A stretch of 64,000 bases of DNA, from the NCBI GenBank assembly GCA_016933095.1, contig JAFGBP010000042.1:19691-83690 (forward strand), written 5' to 3'. Origin of the DNA: Candidatus Woesearchaeota archaeon. GTDB taxonomy: Archaea > Nanobdellota > Nanobdellia > Woesearchaeales > SM23-78. Each line of letters begins with the position of its first letter. Within the stretch, counting starts at the first letter, position 1. The notes under the pieces were generated by a model that had not been told where the DNA came from, ran no database searches, and worked only from the letters and a program-made list of their open reading frames with translations. A program made the position numbers and the translations under genes. Below are positions 37,720 through 45,772 of this stretch, piece by piece.

Positions 37720-39993
37720 ATGCCTTTTGAGAACATGGATGAGCTTCGGAAGAAGTATGAGAGCAAGCTAAAGGGCAGTTTCGGCGAAGAGCCGGGATTC
37801 AGCTCGAAGAAAAAGAAGGATAAGTCTGGCGGAGAGCCAGATGCAGATGATGATCAGAGCTATATCTCAAGTGATTATTACAATTTCAAGAAAGAGAGTG
37901 TGCCTGCCCACTTCACGCTTTATGAGAAGGCGTGCAACCTGGCAGAGCAGGTCCTCAAGATCGAGCCTGACAAGGCTAAGATTGCCGAGATGAAAGAGGC
38001 CATAGAGACCTGCCACCTGCAGATCACTCCTGCCGGCGCGACGAGCTTCTCCATCCTCATGCCGCTCATCATTGCCCTTGTCACAATAACCCTCACTTAT
38101 CTTGTTCCCGCACTTCTCTACCCTGGCAAGGAGAGCATGTTCTTTGTTGTATTCTCTCTCTTTGTGGGGCTCGGCATGATACTGCCGCTGCAGAAGCTCC
38201 CTTTCTTCCTTGCGAACAGCTGGAGGATGAAGGCAAGCAACCAGATGGTGCTGTGCGTGTTCTACGTCGTCACGTACATGAGGCACACGAGCAATCTGGA
38301 GCGGGCTATCAGCTTCGCATCAGACCACCTGACCCCTCCCTTGTCGCTCGACCTGAAGAAGGTACTCTGGGATGTCGAGAGCGAGAAGTTCAGCAGCCTG
38401 AAGGAGAGCCTTGATGAATACCTCCAGACATGGAGGAAGTTCAACATGGAGTTCGTCGAGGCCATACACCTCATTGAGTCCTCGCTCTACGAGTCGAGCG
38501 AGACGAGAAGGCTGAACGCGCTTGATAAGTCCTTGAACGTCATCCTTGACGAGACCTATGAGAAGATGCTCCACTACGCCCACAACCTGAAAGGGCCTCT
38601 CTCAGCGCTTCACATGCTTGGCATCATCCTTCCCATCCTCGGCCTTGTCATCCTGCCATTGATGGTGAGCTTCATGCCCGAAGTGAAGTGGTATCATCTC
38701 GTCTCGCTCTACAACTTTGTGCTTCCGGCGCTCGTGCTCTTGCTATCGAAGAGCATCTTGTCGACAAGGCCTACAGGATACGGAGATACGGACATCTCAG
38801 AGAGCAATCCTGAGCTCCGCAAGTACAGGTACATCCTGATACCTATCGGGAAGCTGGAGATAAAGATAAGCCCGCTCATAGTCGCAGTGATAGTGTTCGG
38901 GATCCTTTTCCTCATCGGGACGTTCCCTCTAATACTCCATGCATCCAATCCTGATTTTGACATAGTGCTTACTGCAAAGGGCCTAAAGCAGATATCCACT
39001 ATCAATGATCCTGAGGCAACGCATTACTTCCTGGGATACAGGAACGAGATAATCGCAGGCACTGTGACTGACACTCGCATCGGTCCGTTCGGCCTCGGTG
39101 CCTTGATCCTCAGCATTGTCTTCGTCGTGGCGTTCGGAGTTAGTACAGGTCTTTATTACAGCCTCAAGAGCAAGAACGTGATTAAGATTCGGGATCAGTC
39201 GAAGAAGCTTGAGCAGGAGTTCGCCGCCGCCCTCTTCCAGCTAGGCAACCGTCTGGGAGATGGCCTTCCCGCAGAGATTGCGTTCAACAAGGCTGCGGAA
39301 GTAATGGAGGGGACTGTGAGCGGCAAGTTCTTTGAGCAGGTAAGCATGAACATAACCAAGCTTGGCATGAATGTCGAGCAGGCCGTCTTCGACGAGAAGA
39401 AGGGAGCGCTCATCTATTATCCTTCGAATCTCATCGAGAGCAGCATGAAGGTGCTCGTTGAGAGCAGCAAGAAGGGTCCTATGGTAGCGAGCCAGGCTCT
39501 TATCAACGTCTCTGAATACATCAAGCAGATCCACAGGGTCGATGAGAGGCTAAAGGATCTCATGGCTGACATCATCAGCGACATGAGGAGCCAGATCAAG
39601 TTTCTGACGCCTGCCATCGCCGGCATCGTCGTCGGGATCACCAGCATGATCACCCAGATAATCGGGAACCTGTCCAGGAGGCTCGGCGAGTTGGCTACTG
39701 AGGCAAGCCAGGCCGGGAATGTAGGCGCCGGAACGAGCCTGCTGTCTATGTTCGGGACTGGAGTCCCGACTTATTTCTTCCAGATAATGGTAGGCATGTA
39801 TGTCTTCGAGATTACTTTCATAATGACCCTGATGATCAACGGCATAGAGAACGGGAGCGACAAGCTAAGCGAGAAGTACATGCTCGGATCCAATCTAAAG
39901 AACACAATCTTGACATATGCTTTCATCACTCTTGCTGTTTCGATACTGTTCAACATGGTCGCGGGTTCGATCCTTTCCAGCATGCAGGGATGA
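37720..39993 (+). CDS. large polytopic membrane protein, putative FlaJ/TadC-like platform protein
   Basis: multiple TM clusters separated by large soluble domains; immediately downstream of ATPase; family assignment by context only. Confidence 0.5.
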   Translation: MPFENMDELRKKYESKLKGSFGEEPGFSSKKKKDKSGGEPDADDDQSYISSDYYNFKKESVPAHFTLYEKACNLAEQVLKIEPDKAKIAEMKEAIETCHLQITPAGATSFSILMPLIIALVTITLTYLVPALLYPGKESMFFVVFSLFVGLGMILPLQKLPFFLANSWRMKASNQMVLCVFYVVTYMRHTSNLERAISFASDHLTPPLSLDLKKVLWDVESEKFSSLKESLDEYLQTWRKFNMEFVEAIHLIESSLYESSETRRLNALDKSLNVILDETYEKMLHYAHNLKGPLSALHMLGIILPILGLVILPLMVSFMPEVKWYHLVSLYNFVLPALVLLLSKSILSTRPTGYGDTDISESNPELRKYRYILIPIGKLEIKISPLIVAVIVFGILFLIGTFPLILHASNPDFDIVLTAKGLKQISTINDPEATHYFLGYRNEIIAGTVTDTRIGPFGLGALILSIVFVVAFGVSTGLYYSLKSKNVIKIRDQSKKLEQEFAAALFQLGNRLGDGLPAEIAFNKAAEVMEGTVSGKFFEQVSMNITKLGMNVEQAVFDEKKGALIYYPSNLIESSMKVLVESSKKGPMVASQALINVSEYIKQIHRVDERLKDLMADIISDMRSQIKFLTPAIAGIVVGITSMITQIIGNLSRRLGELATEASQAGNVGAGTSLLSMFGTGVPTYFFQIMVGMYVFEITFIMTLMINGIENGSDKLSEKYMLGSNLKNTILTYAFITLAVSILFNMVAGSILSSMQG

Positions 39994-40035
39994 GGGTTTT
40001 GATAGATGTCATTGTTTGAGGGCTCTGCAGAAAAA

Positions 40036-40073
40036 GTGCCGCGGGGGAATCTTCGATTCCTCGTGCCAGAAAA
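40036..40073 (+). terminator. hairpin GGAATC-TTC-GATTCC followed by T7 tract
   Basis: read directly downstream of 37720..39993. Confidence 0.4.
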
Positions 40074-40317
40074 ACCTTTTTTTCCCGGCGCCTAGCGTGG
40101 TCTGCAGTTCAACAGCCGGCAGCAAAAGACTCTGTGGCTGCAACCAATGAGGGGTCGAACAGAGCCCGGCATGAAAGAAATTCTACAGGGCCTTGTTGGA
40201 GACAGGGTCGATAATGCAAAAAAATGCAAAGAACTAGGCTCTTAGGGAATCTTTTGCTTCACGTAGGAGGGATATGAGTTCTTCTTGCTAGTTTTCGGGC
40301 GAAGTCCACCCATCCTC

Positions 40318-40665
40318 TTATCTGTGGAGGATGTCGCAGAAGCATTTCATCTTATTGTACATGCATACAGGATAGGGGCTGTGCAAGTCAGAAAGGAGAA
40401 TGCTGTTCAATACTGTAAGCTGCTCGCAGACCTTCTTTCCTTTTGATGTAATCTTATACTTCCCGGCAGTATTCTTTGTTAGCAATCCTATGTGCGTAAG
40501 CTCTTTCAGCCGAGAGGCGAGAAGGGTTGGGTTTATCATCCTTTTGGAATACAGGAGCAGTTCATTGTAGCTCCGATTTTTCTCATTTACAAGCTCTATC
40601 AAAACAAGAGTGTATTTTTTTCCTATGAGCTTGTAAAAGCTGTTCCACACACAATCTTGAACCAT
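40318..40665 (-). CDS. HxlR-type winged-helix transcriptional regulator
   Basis: 115 aa, Cys near N-term, pattern YKLIGKKYTLVLIELVNEKNRSYNELLLYSKRMINPTLLASRLKELTHIGLL; AT-rich gene. Confidence 0.65.
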   Translation of the reverse strand: MVQDCVWNSFYKLIGKKYTLVLIELVNEKNRSYNELLLYSKRMINPTLLASRLKELTHIGLLTKNTAGKYKITSKGKKVCEQLTVLNSILLSDLHSPYPVCMYNKMKCFCDILHR

Positions 40666-41128
40666 GTATATCTGCCTTTCTCTCTGCCGTTCTCCCTTTT
40701 CAAAAAACGTGGATTCGTATTAAAAAAAAAAAAAAAAGTTGCCGCCATTTGTAATGGTATCGTTTCGTGAGCGCTTGGTTTTCTCCAAACACAACTAACT
40801 ACAATATTGTGTAGTGCTACTTTAAAAACTTTTCTGCCTAGAAAAAGATAATAAGTGGATATATAAAGAGATTCATGTATTTAGTAATATAGTTATAGAT
40901 ATTAGATTCACAAAAGAGAGGTGCCCGCGCTTGTCGAAGAAAGAACAATGCAAAGCAATCATGGCAAAGCTTTTCGGTCCCGCTTCAGCCGCGTTAGTTG
41001 ATAGCATGCCAGAAGATGAATGCGTTGCCAAATGCAAAGCAAAAGTGACTGCTTTCTTAGGAGCCGACAAGGCAAAGGAATTTGACTCAATAAGCTAGGA
41101 AGATAGGGAAAAAAGAGGATTAAAAAAC

Positions 41129-42022
41129 ATGGATTCTGGTCTGGAAATTCTTAATCTCATTTGGGTGCAAGGGCAAACCTGTGGCGGAGATTCCATGGCA
41201 ATCATGGATACAGAGCGGCCTGACCTTCTTACATTCCTCTCACAAAACAAAATAAAGCTGCTTTATCACCCCATTCTCCACCCAGTCGACGGACCAGAGG
41301 CAAAGAAACTCTTTGAAGACTGCAAGGAAGGAAGAACAAAAGTAGACATTTTCATATTCGAAGGCACAATCCCGACAAAAGAAGGATGCGGAGACTGGCC
41401 TGGAACCGACATTAAGACCCTTGTAAAAGACCTTGCGTCCAAAGCAGGAATCACGATCGCGCTAGGAACCTGCGCGTCGTTCGGAGGAATCCCTTCGGCG
41501 CCTCCCAACGAGTCAGGATCAGTAGGACTCCAATTTCACGGCCACAAGAAAGGCGGATGGCTGGGAGAGAACTACATCTCAGAGCAAGGCGCTCCCGTCA
41601 TAAATATTCCTGGATGCCCTGCACACCCAGACTGGATCATAAGAACAATTCAAGCTTTTGTGTTGGAAAAGCCAGTCATTTTGGACGACTACAACAGGCC
41701 CAAAGACTTTTTCGAGGAGAAAGCCCACAGAGGATGCAAGCAATGCGAGTTTCACGAGCGAGGGCTGTGGGCAGAGGAGTTCACAGAGACAGGATGCCTG
41801 GCAGCAAAGCTTGGATGCAAGGGAAGGACCACGAACGCAGACTGCAACGTGAGGCTCTGGAACGGCGTTTCCTCCTGCACCAGGAGCGGAGCCCCGTGCA
41901 TAGGCTGCTGCGATCCAGGATTCCCCATCTCAATGACACCCTTCAACAAGGAAACCTTAAACCTGCCAGAGGACGTCAGATCCCTTGCGAATGAGAAGAA
42001 AAAGATCCTATACGGAGATTAA
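41129..42022 (+). CDS. [NiFe]-hydrogenase small subunit (three Fe-S clusters, no Tat signal); proximal-cluster CxxC replaced by C-G-G-D
   Basis: WVQGQTCGGDS, GTCASFGG, IPGCPAHP, H..C / C..C..C distal and CIGC medial cluster ligands all present. Confidence 0.9.
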   Translation: MDSGLEILNLIWVQGQTCGGDSMAIMDTERPDLLTFLSQNKIKLLYHPILHPVDGPEAKKLFEDCKEGRTKVDIFIFEGTIPTKEGCGDWPGTDIKTLVKDLASKAGITIALGTCASFGGIPSAPPNESGSVGLQFHGHKKGGWLGENYISEQGAPVINIPGCPAHPDWIIRTIQAFVLEKPVILDDYNRPKDFFEEKAHRGCKQCEFHERGLWAEEFTETGCLAAKLGCKGRTTNADCNVRLWNGVSSCTRSGAPCIGCCDPGFPISMTPFNKETLNLPEDVRSLANEKKKILYGD

Positions 42023-42040
42023 TATCATGGAGACGATGAG

Positions 42041-43570
42041 ATGGAAGAAGATATGACTGAAAAGGACATGACAAGCACCCCGACAAACTGGATTGAAGGA
42101 GACCTTACAGTTGAGATTACAGTCAACGCCCACAACAAGATAGCCGATGCAAAAGCCATGGGATTGATGTATAGGGGGCTGGAAAACATCTTCATCGGGC
42201 AAAGGCCGTTTGACGCCATGAGGATGAGCCAGAGGGCTGACGCCGCTTGCTCCACGGCGAATGGGACTGCCGGAGCCCTGGCCATTGAGAGGATGATGGG
42301 GTTCAAGCCTCCAAGGAATGGACAGCTCATCAGGGATATAGTGCTCGGGGCCAGCATTGCAGCAAACCACCTCACTCATTTTTATTTCACCTTGGGCCCC
42401 GGATTAGCAAGCCCTGAATACAAAAAGTTCAAGATGCATCACGAAATGCAAAAGAGATTTGACCCATCAAAAAGCGCGCTTCTCAAGGACGTGTTGAGAA
42501 AGGCAAGGATGCCGTTGCATAGGGCCATCGCGATTTTCGGCGGAAGATCATATCACCCCATGCACGCAGTGCCAGGAGGAGTATGCAGCATCCCAAAGTA
42601 CTCTGATCTGGCAGCGGCCAGTACAAGCGTCGCAGGCGCCAAGGAATTTTTGGAAGAGAACTTGCTTGGCGGGGTGAAGATGGAAGAATGGGCCAGGATA
42701 AGGACCGCCGACGAGCTCCTTGAACTACTAAAGGACAAGGCGTTTGCTGATTCAGACATCGGGCTTTTCATCAGGTATTCTCAGGAAATAGGACTTCACA
42801 AACTAGGCGAAGGAACCCACAACAATTTCTTGTCCTTCGGATTCGGAGAGAACAAGCATAATAACGGCATTGATAGCAGTCCCGATTCATGGCTCTTCAA
42901 ACCCGGATACGTGGAGAATGGCCAGTACCACGACCTAGACATCCAGCACATAACCGAAGATACTTCCCACTCTTATTATGAGACTGAAAGGGACTGGAGA
43001 AGCCCCCAGCACGGCATGACAAAGCCTATCCCAAGGAAAGAGGGAGCTTACAGCTGGGTCAAGTCTCCCAGATACTTTGGCAGAGCCTGCGAGGTAGGAC
43101 CGCTTGCAAGGCAGATAGTAAATGCAGACCTGCTCTGCATGGACTTAGTAAAGACCTTTGGGGTGAACACGTTCACAAGAACCCTGGCAAGGTTCCGCGA
43201 GATAACCCTTATAGTCCCAAAGCTCAAAGAGTGGATTGCAGAGATCGAATTGGAAAAGCCATTCTACAAACCATTCCCCGAAGTCAGCAACGGCTCCGGA
43301 TACGGCCTGGTGGAGTCCCCTAGAGGGGCTCTTGGCCACTGGATAAACATAAAGGAAGGCAAGTGCACAACATACCAGATGATCAGCCCTATCGACTGGA
43401 ACGCCTCGCCAATAGACTCTAACGGGGCTCACGGCGCCCTAGAGCAGGCCCTGATCGGCTGCAGGATAAAGGACAAAGACAGCCTCATTGAAGCCTCTCT
43501 TGTCGTGAAGGGCTTTGACTCCTGCATTGCCTGCTCAATACGGCCTGCCGCGCCAGGTGATGAGGAATAA
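42041..43570 (+). CDS. [NiFe]-hydrogenase large subunit-like protein; L1 motif RxCGxC degenerated to R-A-D-A-A-C; C-terminal DSCIACSIR retained
   Basis: colinear with HyaB-type large subunits (MYRGLE..GQRPFDA...QRADAACSTAN...LIRDIV...HFY); C-terminal two Cys present. Confidence 0.85.
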   Translation: MEEDMTEKDMTSTPTNWIEGDLTVEITVNAHNKIADAKAMGLMYRGLENIFIGQRPFDAMRMSQRADAACSTANGTAGALAIERMMGFKPPRNGQLIRDIVLGASIAANHLTHFYFTLGPGLASPEYKKFKMHHEMQKRFDPSKSALLKDVLRKARMPLHRAIAIFGGRSYHPMHAVPGGVCSIPKYSDLAAASTSVAGAKEFLEENLLGGVKMEEWARIRTADELLELLKDKAFADSDIGLFIRYSQEIGLHKLGEGTHNNFLSFGFGENKHNNGIDSSPDSWLFKPGYVENGQYHDLDIQHITEDTSHSYYETERDWRSPQHGMTKPIPRKEGAYSWVKSPRYFGRACEVGPLARQIVNADLLCMDLVKTFGVNTFTRTLARFREITLIVPKLKEWIAEIELEKPFYKPFPEVSNGSGYGLVESPRGALGHWINIKEGKCTTYQMISPIDWNASPIDSNGAHGALEQALIGCRIKDKDSLIEASLVVKGFDSCIACSIRPAAPGDEE

Positions 43571-43897
43571 AGGCCAAAGGCTCTGCATCTGACCGCATCC
43601 GTATGGCCTCTCTTGATTCCCACCTCCTCACTTCTTTTTCCCGGAGGCGTTGTAGAATTTCATCGTGCTCTGCTCACATCGAACGCCAAACCCAACATGG
43701 TTACGAGTATTCTTCAGTCGCTTATTCTCACTGAATGCTCGATTTGAGGTCACTTTATTCTACAGAGATACAGAGACTTTCCAGGAAAAAGATTTATAAA
43801 GCCGATTAATAAGATTTAGAGAGTATCTAGAGGAAGTGCTATCGAGGGTAAAATTAAAGATAAAGTATAATAAAGCAAAGGTAAAAGGGTAAATTAC

Positions 43898-45772
43898 ATG
43901 GCGGGATGGACATCTTTCATAACAGGACAGTTCCTAGATCCAAAACTGTTGCCCTACGCCGCGGGACTAGTGCTGATTTTCATCCTATTCTATTTCATCA
44001 AGCCAAAGCCCAAGCAGTTCGTCATGCCAACCCTAATGTTCCTGTTCAAGGATATGGGGCGCCACAGGACCGCCAACATCCTAAGAAAGCTCATCACGAA
44101 CATACTTTTCATAATGCAGCTCCTCATAATCGTCTTCATAGCCTTCTCGAGCGCCAAGCCATTCATAGACGTTAGCAAGGAAACCCTGTTCAAGAACACA
44201 GTCATAGTGCTTGACGCGAGCGCGAGCATGAAGGCTCCTTACCAAGGAGAGACCCGTTTTGAGGAAGCCGTAAGGATTGCGAAGGAGAACCTTGGAAGCA
44301 TCAACACCCTCATACTTGTCAAAAAGATCCCTGAAGTCTCCCTCGTAGACGAGACTGCCGGTAAGGTTAGAAGCATCATATCCGAAATGGAAGCCACAGA
44401 CTCACCCACCAACCTGTATGCTGCCATAAGCACTGCAGGAACTTATGCAAAGGCAGACTCAAGAATAGTAGTGATAAGCGACTTCATCGATACGGGTTCA
44501 GAAGCAGACCTGAACACCATCAAGAAGACCATAGAATCTCAGGGAATAAAAGTTGATTTCCTCAAGGTAAGGTCGCCTGTGCCGAACGTCGGGATCGTTG
44601 ACCTGACAGTGTCTGACTCCAAGACAACAGCGGTTGCCAAGAACTTCAACCCTGAAGAAGCAAGCGTGCGCCTGAAAATAAACGATTTGAGCGAGGAGAT
44701 GATCATTGCAGGCGGATCAAGGGAAATATTCTCCTTCACGACGCCTCCGTTGACAAGCAAACTAGAGCTCGAAGTCTTGTCCGGAAATGACGAGTTCAAG
44801 CTTGACAACCAGGCTTACATAAGCGCTCCTGGCGAGGACAAGAAGAAAGTCTTGTTCATAACAAACAACGCCGACTACAAGAAGACGTTCATATACAACG
44901 CCTTGGACGTCATGAAAGGAGTTGAGCTGACAGTGGCCATCCCTCCAAAAATACCTGCGCTTGGAGAATTTGACCTTTACTTCTTCAAGGATATAGACCC
45001 CAACCTCCTCTTGCCAGGGACCTACACTGGCATAAAGAAGGAAATTGAAACTAAGGGAAAGGCCGCCGTAGTCATGGCCCAGACAAACCTCCTCGCCATC
45101 AACTACCAAGGCATACTTCCGGTCGTGCCTTCGACTCTTGAAAAGGGCGATGCAATAAACATAATCACGACAGGAAACGAAGGCATCATGAGCGGACTCG
45201 AGCTAGGAGTCACCAAGAAATACTTTGGAGTCGAGAGCATAGAGGGAAGAACCCTTTCTGTTCTTGCAAGTAGCGAGTACAAGGTGCCCATCATAGCTTT
45301 CAACAAGATGGGGGAGGGAAAAGTCGTGTATTACGGGATACTTGACGAGGACGTGGAAGCCGAGACCTTCTTTGCGAAGAGTCCTGCATTCTTTGTCTTC
45401 TGGAAGAGGACTGTTGACTTCATCACCAACACTCCTTCAGTCAAGAACCTGAACTACAGGACAGGAAGCTATATCTCATTCCCAGAGGAGCAAACAATCC
45501 AGACTCCAAAGGGAAAGATAAAAACTAATGAGCTCGTGCTTGACCAGACAGGCCTCTATACCTTGCAGGACAGGACCATTGCGATCAACCTTGCCGACGA
45601 AAAAGAGTCTGACATCGGAAAAGAGGAGACAGAAGAGAGCAGGTCTTATGTAAAGGAAGGCGAGCGTTTTAAGGAGAAAGTCCCTTATGAGCTCACAGAT
45701 AACCTGGTGTACGCCGCGATTATCCTCCTGATCCTGGAACTCATTTACGTGAAGCTGAGAGGTGACTTTTGA
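43898..45772 (+). CDS. BatA-like membrane protein with vWA domain
   Basis: N-terminal TM helices, VLDASASM MIDAS motif. Confidence 0.7.
   Translation: MAGWTSFITGQFLDPKLLPYAAGLVLIFILFYFIKPKPKQFVMPTLMFLFKDMGRHRTANILRKLITNILFIMQLLIIVFIAFSSAKPFIDVSKETLFKNTVIVLDASASMKAPYQGETRFEEAVRIAKENLGSINTLILVKKIPEVSLVDETAGKVRSIISEMEATDSPTNLYAAISTAGTYAKADSRIVVISDFIDTGSEADLNTIKKTIESQGIKVDFLKVRSPVPNVGIVDLTVSDSKTTAVAKNFNPEEASVRLKINDLSEEMIIAGGSREIFSFTTPPLTSKLELEVLSGNDEFKLDNQAYISAPGEDKKKVLFITNNADYKKTFIYNALDVMKGVELTVAIPPKIPALGEFDLYFFKDIDPNLLLPGTYTGIKKEIETKGKAAVVMAQTNLLAINYQGILPVVPSTLEKGDAINIITTGNEGIMSGLELGVTKKYFGVESIEGRTLSVLASSEYKVPIIAFNKMGEGKVVYYGILDEDVEAETFFAKSPAFFVFWKRTVDFITNTPSVKNLNYRTGSYISFPEEQTIQTPKGKIKTNELVLDQTGLYTLQDRTIAINLADEKESDIGKEETEESRSYVKEGERFKEKVPYELTDNLVYAAIILLILELIYVKLRGDF

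Noticed and set aside
39917-40150. 77-aa plus-strand ORF after the platform-protein gene
   Set aside because: It spans the terminator hairpin and T-tract and a region resembling degenerate MITE termini. It is Cys/Arg-rich and likely non-coding.
40873-41070. 65-aa minus-strand ORF upstream of the hydrogenase
   Set aside because: It has an odd composition and no promoter or RBS context. A 48-aa plus-strand ORF (40961..41098) in the same region is more plausible, but is noted only as a low-confidence observation.
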